Shown here: one piece after another, positions 50,206-62,051 of the stretch
Position numbering within the stretch: the stretch's first letter is position 1
Layout: the number at the start of each line of letters is the position of its first letter
Assembly: GCA_030141605.1 (NCBI GenBank)
Contig: JAQGDQ010000676.1
Location: 1 to 64,000, forward strand
Length of the DNA: 64,000 nt
Direction: 5' to 3'
DNA from: Tubiluchus corallicola
Taxonomy: Eukaryota > Animalia > Priapulida
Notes under the pieces: model-generated
What the model was told of the DNA's origin: nothing
Seen by the model: the letters and a program-made list of their open reading frames with translations, nothing else
The model's database searches: none
Translations under genes and position numbers: made by a program

Positions 50206-51640
50206 GTTTAAAGCGTCGCAAAGTTTTGATACGCCCCTGTCATTGCACTTTCAACGGCTGTGCTCTTTCTGCTAGCAACTGGTATGCTAACCCTGTTCTC
50301 ACTGCACCGATTTTTACATATCTACTGTACATTGTACACCAATAGCTTGAATTATTTCACACTGCTTTAGTCAGCGGAAAGTCTATCTTGTGCTAAACAG
50401 AACGATTCACATTACCGCGATACACGATCAATACACGTCTTGTTCCAAAAGGCATGACGATGCATCAGTGTGTCGTGACAGGCCTAATAGCATGATACGA
50501 TTCGCCCCACTTGACATACCGCGAGAAATTCATCACTCAAACATACGCTTGTTGGACTAGACCAAGCTTAAGAACTAGTATAACAACAAAACTAGTATAG
50601 CAAGTCACACCACAAGCTTTAGCATCAATTGTATTATTTAGTGCCTTGGGGATAAGATTGACTACCCCTCCTGGGGCGACTGTGTCATCTTCTGGTTGCA
50701 AACTGAATGCCAGTTCACGCTGAATGTTGAACCTCTTATTTTCTTTGTAAATTGGCATCGAAGCGAAGCTGAATGTTTGCCAAACTAAACATTACTTGCC
50801 AGTTGAAAGCCAACAAGACTATTTTTGTTTCAGCTACAAATCTTTTTCAGTTTTAAGCTACGCCAGAAAGGACATTTGTTTTTTGTTAGACAAAATGTTT
50901 ACAGATGTAACAGCACAAGCATTTGCATAATTTTATTTACTATAACTGTTTGCTATTAATTTGATTTTGATCTGTTTTCCTATTCAAATCTTTATTTTGT
51001 TCTAACAATATTTGCTCGCCATGCCGAAATTAGTAGACTCACTATTTAGGGATGGCAGGCTAGATGACCTTTTGCTCTTTCGCCATCCCGCCCTTCTTTA
51101 ATCTTTCTAAATCATTGTTATATACTATTTATGATTGTTATTTTGAAGGCAAAAAATAAATTATCAATATAAAATCTTGTCTTGTGATGATCATTCATAT
51201 ATTTTATTATATTCAGTACGTGATAAAAAAAACATAAAAAATCTCTTTCGACTAGCTATTCGTTAACTAACATGCTAAAAAAAAATTGCGCATTGACAGC
51301 GACTTGAACTCGAACAGGAAATCAAACGTGGTAGAATTTATGACATAATACCTTGTATAGGAATAAAAAGAATAAAAATGAATATCACTTGGCTGAAGCA
51401 CATTTTTATTTCAACGCTAAAAAGAAACTCATAACATGGTTTACACAGCGTGTGAGCCAAGAACAAACCAAATCTAAATTCAGATCAAATCTGTATCTAA
51501 CATAAATGCCTAAGTAAAATGGTAAACAAAAATCAAATTAGTGTATATTTTATACGAGATTTTAAAGCAAAGCTGATACAGTATAATGAGCTTCAGACAG
51601 AACTGTACATCTCTGATGCAAAAATAGCAACAGCTTGAAC

Positions 51641-53196
51641 CAGTGGCGGCTCGTGCATAAATACTGTGGAACTGCAGCACCCCCTATTTTCACTCAATAT
51701 TCAACCAATCAATCAATTTATTTCACTCCAGCAATACATGTACAATACATCAACATACAATATTATTGAAAATGTAGGTAAAAAAACAGTATAGGTAAAA
51801 AAACGTTGATAAAGTCAAATTAACCAAATAAAAAAAGTTGCTGTATGACACCTTGAAAGCTTGGCTTGTTAGGGTGGCAGAAATGAGTGAATGAAAGAAT
51901 GGTTAGGGTTAGTAGACATGATGGAATGGAAAAAATAGTAAGATTGGGGATAGGAAGAAGGAAGGGAGGAGAGGATGAGTGAATGAAAGAATGGTTAGGG
52001 TTAGTAGACATGATGGAATGGAAAAATAGTGAGATTAGGGATAGGAAGAAGGAAGGGAGGGTAGGATGAGTGAATGAAAGAATGGTTAGGGTTAGTAGAC
52101 ATGATGGAATGGAAAAAATAGTAAGATTGGGGATAGGAAGAAGGAAAAGAGGAGAAGAAACAACAACAGTGTATGTTTAATTTATAGAGTCATATTATCG
52201 ATAATAATTAATATAACAAGTCTTTTTTCTTTAGTTCTTTCTTTATGATTGTACGGAACCAGAACACGTGGGTGTAGTACTGTTTGCTTCACAGCTCAGC
52301 ACACTCGTGTGTTTATTGTGCGCATACGGCCATGCTCACATGTCTGAGATAACACGGTGCATGCTGCACTGCTAGCGTCTGCTGCTAGGTAGAGAAAGTA
52401 CTGTCCCTCACACAGTTTGTTGTCAGTTGTCACGTGCTTAAAAATCGTGTAACGGCATATTGTTAAACTGAGGCAATTTAGGCTATTAGTAAGCAAAAAG
52501 TTTAGGATTTCATCAAGTTGATGTGCAAATTTTTGTATGTTTGTTTAAAATTACAATTACACAATACATCATTAAAATTACATTTACATTTGTCTCGTTT
52601 TAAATCAGGGGTGTGCAAATTATCTGACTAGCCGGGCCACATTAAACTTTCCGGCAATTCCTGTGGGCCACAGGCAGTTTGATCAAGGAGCCAAGTACAG
52701 AAAGGCTTAATAACGATTTTTTTGCATCCGACCTGCGTACGTCATTACTACTACACTCAAGAAACTATTTTAGAAGTTATTAAAGTTTATATTGCAAACC
52801 ATATATTTCAACTTTCAGGACAGATAGTGGTAATTTCATTACAATGCATATTAGTAATGTGTATCACACAGTCTGTTCATTACAATGCATATTAGTAACG
52901 TGTATCACACAGTGTGTGTAGTACAGTGACATTAAGCTACAACCGTCTTGTAAGGGTTAATGGCATCCGATCTAGTAGAAAAAACTACCCGCACTATCTT
53001 TGGGATCGTGGCACGGACTTCAGCTGGATACACTCAATTAATCGCCCGGGCCACACTTTCATTAGGTTGACAAATCTCTTCGCGGGCCGCAAAAATTCTC
53101 TCGGCGGGCCGCAATTTGCACACCTCTGTTTTAAAGAATGACAAATTTTGTGAAGCAGGACCTCCACTAATTTTAATTAATTACGAGATGGCACTG
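51641..53196. mobile_element. hAT-like non-autonomous element carrying nested insertions
   Basis: Ends cagtggcggctcgt / acgagatggcactg, TSD gcttgaac/gctggaac. Contains a LINE-tail-like insert with a ~92-bp x3 repeat (51883-52150) and a Charlie-type MITE. Confidence 0.7.
52606..53128 (+). mobile_element. hAT-Charlie-type MITE
   Basis: TIRs caggggtgtgcaaatt / aatttgcacacctctg, TSD ttttaaat/ttttaaag. Confidence 0.85.
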
Positions 53197-54101
53197 GCTG
53201 GAACACATTAAAGTCAAAATATTCACATGTGAAGGTATAAACTCAGCAGTATAGAATTGAAACTACAAATCACAAAATAAATACAACGAAATACACTAAT
53301 CACTAATCACTGGTATTACATAGTTATGTACTTCCAAACCAAAACCGTTCACAAGTCGGCATAGTTGAAACTACGTTACAATGTTTCAAAGCAGAATGCA
53401 CCAAAACTTTGGTCAAATATCAAATATTTTTTATAAATACAAATGCTAAGTACATTGGGCTTTTATATTCTAGTATCAAATTATCAAGAAAATGTTCAAA
53501 AAATACTATAAATCTAATTTTATAACCCTGTACCCAGTTTTCTGGGTAGAAACAACTACTGCATTTGTCAAAAACTGGTATTTTCAAACTCTGATTGTAG
53601 CTCGTGGAAGCAATCATTTTGCTTCGGGTTTTTCTGTTGACAAGCCCAGATCTTCTTCAGGAAGAGCCCGCCTACTGGATATAAACATAACTTCAATGTG
53701 TTCTTGCAAAATCCATAGCAACCAACATTTGTGCGGTTGCTAAGTGTTTTGTAGAAACGTGACAAAAAACAATGTCTGACTTTAACAGTGCTTTTCTCAA
53801 GATTATGTTTTTGAGTGTGCAGCCTGCACCTCAACTTTAACGTGGATTATCTCAGTTTAGAAATAACATAGAGCGATGAACTTGGTATGAAAATGATCCT
53901 CATGAAAAGATTCAGGATATGTGAATAACTAGAAAAGTTTAATTGCCGACTTATGTACGATTTTGCTAAGCAAGCTCACAGTTTGCGATTCGATATGAGA
54001 TTATAAGAGAATTATACGAAGCATGATGTAAGTCGGAACATATTAAAATGGCTGTACATTGTGCGCTAACTTGAGGCTTATCATAACGTAGAATCACTAG
54101 T

Positions 54102-55479
54102 CAGTGGCGTAGCTAATGGGGGAGGAAGGGGAGCAACCGTCCCCCAGCACGTTTTTTCAAAATTTGCACCTTTCAACAATTTTTTAGTTCATTAATTGAG
54201 TTGCTGAGTAATCTTTAGAGGGTTGAAACAGATAAAGTCCTTCCTTCGTTCTACAATGGAGGAGGATAGATTGTCTGAGTTTAGCTTTGCTCTCCATTGA
54301 AAGAGAGTTGACTACTGAGGTGGATTATCATAAAGAGGATAGATTGTCTGGGTTAGCTTTGCTGTCCATTGAAAGAGAGGTGGTTACTGAGGTGGATTGT
54401 AATAAAGAGGATAGATTGTCTGGGTTAGCTTTGCTGTCCATTGAAAGAGAGTTGGCAACTGAGATGGATTATAATAAAGAGGATAGATTGTCTGGGTTAG
54501 CTTTGCTCTTTATTGAAAGAGAGTTGGTTAATGAGCTGGATTATAATAAAGAGGTTAGATTGTCTGGGTTTAGCTTTGATCTCCATTGAAAGAGAGTTGG
54601 CTACTGAGGTGGATTATCATAAAGAGGTTAGATTGTCTGGGTTAGCTTTGCTCTTTATTGAAAGAGAGTTGGCTACTGAGATGGATTATAATAAAGAGGA
54701 TAGATTGTCTGGGTTAGCTTTGCTCTCCATTGAAAGAGAGTTGGCTAGTGAGGTGGATTATCATAAAGAGGATAGATTGTCTGGGTTAGCTTTGATCTCC
54801 ATTGAAAGAGAGTTGGCTACTGAGGTGGATTATAATAAAGAGGATAGATCGTCTGGGTTAGCTTTGATCTCCATTGAAAGAGAGTTGCTTACTGAGGGGG
54901 ATTATAATAAAGAGGATAGATTGTCTGGGTTAGCTTTGCTCTCCATTGAAAGAGAGTTGGCTACTGAGGTGGATTATAATAAAGAGGATAGATTGTCTGG
55001 GTTAGCTTTGATCTCCATTGAAAGAGAGTTGGCTACGGAGGTGGATTATAATAAAGAGGATAGATTGTCTGGGTTAGCTTTGCTGTCCATTGAAAGAGAG
55101 TTGACTACCGAGGTGGATTATAATAAAGTTATGAATTACTTTACTAGAATGAAGCCTAGATGAAAGAGACTGTTGTAGTTCCGTCATGATACATTTTCAC
55201 AATGGTTCATTTTGTTTTCACTTTACGTTTAAAATTAGAATAATTAAATAACACATCATGTTTTCATTGTTTTGAGATTCACGAGCCTACTGTAAACTTT
55301 TAATTGCATTTTGATTTTAAATACAAAATAACAATTATGCACTTCCTTTAAAATTGTATCTTCCTGCTGTTTTGATTTTAAACAGAAAATTAGAATGTAT
55401 GACCAATGCGTTAAAAATTGTTTGACACCTTTTTTATGTGCCCTACTCCCCCTAACTTTAGAACCTAGCTACGCCCCTG
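54102..55479 (+). mobile_element. Non-autonomous hAT (Tip100/ZMYM1-like) element retaining only the dimerization-domain end
   Basis: TIRs cagtggcgtagcta / tagctacgcccctg, TSD tcactagt/tcactagc. Peptide LKQIKSFLRSTMEEDRLSGLALLSIERE...FTRMKPR. Confidence 0.85.
54262..55128 (+). repeat. 72-bp (24-codon) tandem repeat x12 within the hAT dimerization domain
   Basis: Unit encodes EDRLSGLALLSIERELATEVDYNK. Confidence 0.95.
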
Positions 55480-55777
55480 TCACTAGCAGATACAATAAAT
55501 GATACTCATATGTATCATGAGCATCATGAGCATATTCCATAATCTAAAATAACAATGACTAGTAGAAGGAACCGACGTAGCTGATACTTGAATGATTCGC
55601 ATGAGGTAACGATCTGGGCTTCCAATATAACTGATTGTAACTCACTGGAAAACAAATTTAAAACTAAATAATATAAAACTAACTAATAAACTAACTAAAA
55701 TAAATAAACTCATTTAATATTTACAGACGATGCATAGTTTCTGCATTTCCATGACTGCAGACTTTTCAAAACATTTA

Positions 55778-56695
55778 CAGTCAACCTCGGGTATAAGGTA
55801 CTCGCTTATGAGGGACCACCAACACAGGTCCCGATTTTATGTAACGTTTTTCCTATGTAAAAATCTTCGTATATAAGGTACTCGGATATAAGGGACTTTC
55901 CGTCATAAGGGACGATATCTTCAGGTACCGTGTATTAGAAACCTTATTATTAATAATAATTAGAAACCGTGTAAATTACCTCGCATATGAGGGACCTTAT
56001 GATCAAAGCGAAATTGATCGATTTTTAAGCTCAATTTTTCGCAAACTCGGCCCTCAAACAGCTCAGTTTCAGTGGCCACATGCATCTCGCATCACTGAAG
56101 GAGCTTCCTACATACCATTTGCATTGAATGTGTAGCAACAATACATAAAAATATGGGTATGTGAAAAAGGCTTTTGTCAATATATGTGGCAACATAAACC
56201 AAACTGCTTTAGTGGCACAAACACTTTATTATTGACTCTCTTTCCTGTATACTACGCTGTGACTACTAGATTAAAACTGTAAAAGCTCAAATCAGTTGAA
56301 ACTGGTTAACCTTGGGTAATGCATATCAGAAACCAGTCAGGTGAGAAAATGATTCACTGTAGTCTAACTTGCTGTAAAGTTGTAATGTTACTAAAGTTTA
56401 TAAAGTTCATAAACAAACTCGTGAATCAGTTCACGACACAACAAGAAGAAGAACAACTCAAGTAAAGGTGAGAAAATGATTCACTGTAGTCTACCTTCCT
56501 GTAAAGTTGTAATGTTGCTAAAGTTTATAAAGTTCATAAACAAACTCATGAATCAGTTCACGACAGGGTAAAGATACAGAAAAGTACCGGTCTAGATACA
56601 CCCTCGGTCTGACTCAACATCGGCTATAAGGGACATCGGATATAAAGGACAATTTTTTCTGGTCCGGAGGTGTCCCTTATATCCGAGGTTGACTG
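55778..56695. mobile_element. pogo/Tigger-type MITE carrying an LTR insertion
   Basis: TA flanks, TIRs cagtcaacctcgggtataagg / ccttatatccgaggttgactg. The right end is duplicated at ~61235-61359. Confidence 0.85.
56160..56565 (-). mobile_element. Solo-type BEL/Pao LTR (279 bp, 56160-56438) plus a 99-bp partial LTR duplicate, flanked by TSD GGGTA
   Basis: Near-identical to LTR 60951-61229. gggta at 56155-56159 and 56566-56570. Confidence 0.88.
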
Positions 56696-56759
56696 TAGGC
56701 AGCCCATTATGCGCTAATTAAGTAGTTAACAAAAGCCAGAGAAGTAATAAATAAACAGA

Positions 56760-59700
56760 TCGCAGAACTATTGCACGTCCTTGTGGAATCCAGAATCCAT
56801 CTTTTCTCAACTGAGCAAGCAAATGTTTTGGTCCTGCATGGCCAAGTCGTTCATGTGCATCTAGAATCACCAAACGAGTAAACTTGGATTCCTTAGGCAA
56901 CAAAATGGGATGGATTGTTCCATATGGTAAATTGGCATTCTGAATTCTGCCGAGGCTTCGGATTATTCCATCTTTATCTAAAAAGAGATCCAACTGTTTG
57001 GTTCGATAATGTTTCACATTTTTATTACTACCAGTCAAGGCTTTCAGTTCTTCTCCATAAAAAGCTTTTGTACTGCTTTAGTCCATATGAACGAAGCTTC
57101 TTGCAGATTTTCAGCCTTTATCTGGCCAGAGATACTTTTGCCTCGTATACGGTTCAAAAACATGTGAACTCGGCATGTCACACGAAGTAATTTCTGTAAA
57201 GATGAGAAGCGGCTGATATCCATTTCAAAGGGCATGACAGATGGAGTTTCTTCCAATTTGGGAATTTTCTCCTTGCCAGCATAGTTTCTTGACAAAAGTG
57301 CAACAGCTTCTTCTTCTTCTTGAAGACTTGGTGTACACGGCAGATCAACAGGCCATTCTTCATGATCTTTAGTGAGAAACTTTGGCCCTCCCCACCAAAC
57401 AGAGTTGCTGATCAATTGTGATACGGTACAACCTTTCGTTGCTAAATCAGCCGGGTTTTCATTTGTAGGAATGTAGCGAAAAATGAGAGCAGTGTTCGAT
57501 TTAATCTCTTTAATGCGATTCTCCACAACTAAACTTTTTAGACAAGTACTACGCAGCCACCATAGAAATATTTGTGAATCTGACCACATGTATTCTTGTT
57601 GGATTTCAAATCCAAGATGCTTCTTGACAAACGAAAGCAAACGTACACCAATCCAAACACCCATTAGTTCCAGCCTTGGCAATGTTGTGATCTTCTTTGG
57701 AGCTACTCTGGCTTTTGCCATGATAAAGTTTGCAGAACGGACGTCATCTTGGTGCTTTACTAGGTACACCACTGCAGCAAAGGCTTTAAGGGAAGCATCA
57801 GCAAAACAATGTAAATCATAAGTACATTCCTCATTGTTGAAGCCGATGTAGCGTTTAAGTGTTATGTCTGATACTGTTTTTAATTCGCATGTAATTTTAT
57901 TCCAATCCCTTTTGTAGTTTTCTGGAAGTTCCTGATCCCAGTCAAATTGTTCCTTCCACAACTGCTGAGTTAAGAATTTTGCAGGCATTGCAACAGGCAG
58001 AACCATTCCAATTGGATCAAAAACCCGTGCAAATGCTTGAGTGATGATTCTTTTAGTTGGAGTAGATTCAAAGTCACATTTTGGATGGATTATGTCCTCT
58101 TTAATGTTCCATCCAAGCCCAAGTTGCTTGACCTGATTAGAATTTACTCTGTCATGCTCTGGAATAGATTCCATAAACTCACTGCAGTTTGATGTGTATT
58201 CTCGAAGGTTAATTGACATTTGGGAAAATATTTCTTTACTCTCTTTATAGAGCAAGGCAGATTTGAACATTTTCTACCAACTGAATCAAGAAATACCCTT
58301 ACAGGAACTGACTGACCAGTTTCTTGATTAAAAAGCCATGTACTAGCTGTCTGGAAAAACACTGATGGTGTCACTGACATCAATGTGGCTGCTTCACTCA
58401 CACAGTTACTAATTGAAGAAGAAGCTTGTACCCAAGGTAAACCTGGAGTAAATGAAGCTTGAGACTGCGTCTCCACTGATGGCGTCACTGACATCAATGT
58501 GGCTGCTTAACTCACACAGTTACTAATTGAAGAAGAAGCTTGTACCCAAGGTAAACCTGGTGTAAATGAAGCTTGAGGTGTCCCAATTGATGGTGAAGAA
58601 CTCTGAGATGAGGCTTGAGAAATAGGCACTTCCTTTCCAAATGCTCGGAAACACATCGCTGAATTATGATTATCAGCTTGACAATGAAAGCATGGTTTAG
58701 AATGTGAATGTGACGATGTAGTGCTATGCACTTTTAAACAAACATTGCACAAGCCCAATTGTGTGGCTCTATTTTCTCGTGAAGGAATATCTGGAAACTT
58801 CTGACATCTATCTGCCCAATGAGACTGTCCACAGAATATGCACTTACTTCGCTGCTGCTTCTTAGTTTTCTTACCATTACCATGGGCATTGGAATCAGCT
58901 AGTAAAGCATGGGCTGCAGACTGGATACCAGGCTTTGAGACTGTTGGTTTTTTTTCTGTTTTGCTCAGTCCTTGACCACCGGGCATTGGAATCAGCTAGT
59001 AAAGCATGGGCTGCAGACTGGATACCAGACTTTGAGACTGTTGGTCTTTGCTCTGTTTTGCTCAGTCCTTGACCACCGGGCATTGGAATCAGCTAGTAAA
59101 GCATGGGCTGCAGACTGGATACCAGACTTTGAGACTGTTGGTTTTTGTTCTGTTTTGCTCAGTCCTTGACCACCGGGCATTGGAATCAGCTAGTAAAGCA
59201 TGGGCTGCAGACTGGATACCAGACTTTGAGACTGTTGGTCTTTGCTCTGTTTTGCTCAGTCCTTGACCACCGGGCATTGGAATCAGCTAGTAAAGCATGG
59301 GCTGCAGACTGGATACCAGACTTTGAGACTGTTGGTTTTTGTTCTGTTTTGCTCAGTCCTTGACCACCGGGCATTGGAATCAGCTAGTAAAGCATGGGCT
59401 GCAGACTGGATACCAGACTTTGAGACTGTTGGTTTTTGTTCCGTTTTGCTCAGTCCTTGACCACCGGGCATTGGAATCAGCTAGTAAAGCATGGGCTGCA
59501 GACTGGATACCAGACTTTGAGACTGTTGGTTTTTGCTGTGTTTTGCTCAGTCCTTGACCACCGGGCATTGGAATCAGCTAGTAAAGCATGGGCTGCAGAC
59601 TGGATACCAGACTTTGAGACTGTTGGTCTTTGCTCTGTTTTGCTCAGTCCTTGACCACCTAAGGTTCGAGCATCGATTTCAGTCTTAATCATCTGCTTTA

Positions 59701-61229
59701 AGGAATCCAGTGTCCATTCTCTGCATTCATTTCGCCGAGCTAAATCTGTTCGCACGCATGGAGGAAGTTTTGAATACAGCAGTGCTGGAAACATTGTCTG
59801 TACACTAATATCACCCAGTGATTGTAAAGCACGAAAATGCACCATACAAGCATCATGGACTTCCTGTAGTCCTATTATTGTGTCAGGAGCTTCCTTCATT
59901 TGGAACAATTTGAGAAAATGCTCTTGACGGACTAACTCTGGTTTATCATAGCGTTCGGTTAACAGCTCTACCATATGTCTGTAGCCTTCTGCCGTGGGTT
60001 GAAGCCCTTCAACTGTTGTCTTTGCCCTTCCTTCTAGAAAACTTAGCAAATAATTTGCTTTATCTATTAGTGAAAGATCATCTCTCTCATGCACAGCAGA
60101 TTTGAAGGCACCCCAGAAAAAGTTCCATCGCATGGGGTCCCCTTTAAATTTCTCAATGTGCAGTTGAGGAAGTTTCGCTTTGCACCGTCGTCTCACAAAT
60201 GTAGTTGCTGAATTAACAGTGACATGGTCATCGTCATTGCTGTCATCATCATCAGTAGCTGACGTATTTAACGCTTGACGTGAACCATATGCCTGAGACA
60301 CAGGTGGCTGAACTACTGTTGGTTTTGTTTCTCTTTCTAGCTCCAACTTCTCTTGAATCAGCATACGAGATGCATCGACTTGCTCAACAAAAGTTTGGAG
60401 TTGATCCAGTAAAGGAAAACTTTCCACTCGCAGAGCCTCCTTCTCTATCTCATCATCCATTGTCTCTATTAATTCATCATAATGTTTTGTTAGTTCAGCG
60501 AAGTACCTTTTCATGGATGTTTGTGCTCCTTCTACAGCTGCTCTATGCTGAACAAAGGTTTCCTCTGTTGCCAAAAAAGGATTATTGTCACCAAGAACTT
60601 GCTGTGCACGCTTAGTCAGTTGCTCAACTACTGAAATTAGCCTTTTCTTCTTCTGCGCTCTGGTATCAACTGGAATTTTGCCTTACACTGCAAATAGAAC
60701 CTTTACAAAACAGCATACAAGGGTAAAGCCCTCCCCCGCACAAGGTAAAGGTAAAGGCAACAATGTAATACTGTGTTTAAGTAAAAATGTCAAAATGCTA
60801 TAGCAGGCAAACAGGTAGATACCACATAGAAGAGGGTAAAAAGAAAAAGAATTTACTGTGAATCACAAAATCAGCATAATGAAAATCATTTTACTCACAG
60901 TCCTTCTAAATGTTACAGCATACCCAAGTAGTAGTGGGCACTGGCACCAATGTGAAAAAGGCTTTTGTCAACATATGTAGTAACATAAACCAAACTCCTT
61001 TAGTGGCACAAACACTTTATTATTGACTGTCTTTTCTGTGTACTATGTTGTGACTACTAGATCAAAACTGTAAAAGCTCAAATCAGTTGAAACTGGTTAA
61101 CCTTGGGTAATGCATATCAGAAACCAGTCAGGTGAGAAAATGATTCACTGTAGTCTAACTTGCTGTAAAGTTGTAATGTTGCTAAAGTTTATCAAGTTCA
61201 TAAACAAACTCATGAATCAGTTCACGACA
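56760..61229 (-). mobile_element. BEL/Pao LTR retrotransposon, 5' LTR through start of integrase (internally deleted, 3'-truncated)
   Basis: 5' LTR 60951-61229 (TG..CA) then PBS-like ttggtgccagtgccc. Gag has DUF1759-like KLPQLHIEKFKGDP and zinc knuckles CIFCGQSHWADRC/CNVCLKVH/CFHCQADNHNSAMC. Protease remnant FLDSVG, most of RT deleted, RNase H LHCFADAS..AKARVAP..LPRLEL, integrase DAHERLGHAG. Confidence 0.93.
58884..59659. repeat. 97-bp tandem repeat x8 inside BEL gag
   Basis: gggcattggaatcagctag recurs every 97 bp from 58884 to 59563. Confidence 0.95.
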
Positions 61230-61361
61230 GGGTAAAAGTACAGAAAAGTACCGGTCTAGATACACTCTCGGCCTGACTCAACTTCGGCTATAAGGGACAT
61301 CGGATATAAAGGACGATTTTTTCCGGTCCGGAGGTGTCCCTTATATCCGAGGTTGACTGTA

Positions 61362-61650
61362 GGCAGCCCATTATGCGCTAATTAAGTAGTTAACAGAAGC
61401 CAAATAAGTAATGAATAAACAGACCAGTAAAGAAATTGATACAGCAACTAAACACTAATTATGTATTTGCAAAACTCAAATAGGTAATGATTAAACAGAC
61501 TTGAAGAAAAGAAATTGTTACAGTAACAAATAGCTAAGTGTTTAAAAATAAAGTTAAACGAATTGAATTGCTTTATACATTAAGCAAAGGCTTAATGTAT
61601 TCATTACCTATTTGGCTTCTGTTAACTACTTAATTAATAATAGGGTCTGC
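61362..61650. mobile_element. Small foldback/MITE with ~55-bp imperfect terminal inverted repeats
   Basis: ggcagccc..aattaagtagttaacagaagccaaata..gtaatgaata pairs with tattcattac.tatttggcttctgttaactacttaatt..gggtctgcc. Confidence 0.65.
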
Positions 61651-61855
61651 CAATATAAACTGGTTGTATGTTTGTAAATTTACCACTGATGATGACAGCA
61701 GCAGCTTGTCGAAACGTTTGACACGATTTTGACTTTTTATTGTAAAAGTTTTAATAAAGTTGTGTTGTTTTTAACTATAAATGTTTTGATGCCCCTGTAA
61801 TCAAAAATTGCCTGAATAGAGATAATAATGACGATGAATATGATGCTTCACTTAC

Positions 61856-61985
61856 AGACGTCTTTTGGTTGTAAAACCAGCTGCAGAATTTTACACGATT
61901 CCAGGCAGTTGTCAGCAGGAATGAGAACGATCCGTCTGTATCCAGAAACTTGAGCAATCCAGACATTGCTAAACTCCACTTCATC
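61856..61985 (-). CDS. Isolated internal coding exon, JmjC/cupin-like (possibly C6orf89/BRAP-like family)
   Basis: Acceptor tttttatcgctag, open 130 nt DEVEFSNVWIAQVSGYRRIVLIPADNCLESCKILQLVLQPKDV, donor gtaagt. Confidence 0.55.
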
Positions 61986-62051
61986 CTAGCGATAAAAATG
62001 GATACAAATAACATAATTTCTGTCAATAAGATTCATTTGGATCTTCAATTT

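Noticed and set aside
58895-59654. Series of 62-72 aa ORFs on both strands
   Set aside because: Artefacts of the 97-bp repeat in BEL gag.
61684-61760. Penelope-like terminal motif ctgatgatgac...tgtcgaaacg
   Set aside because: Too short and no coding support.
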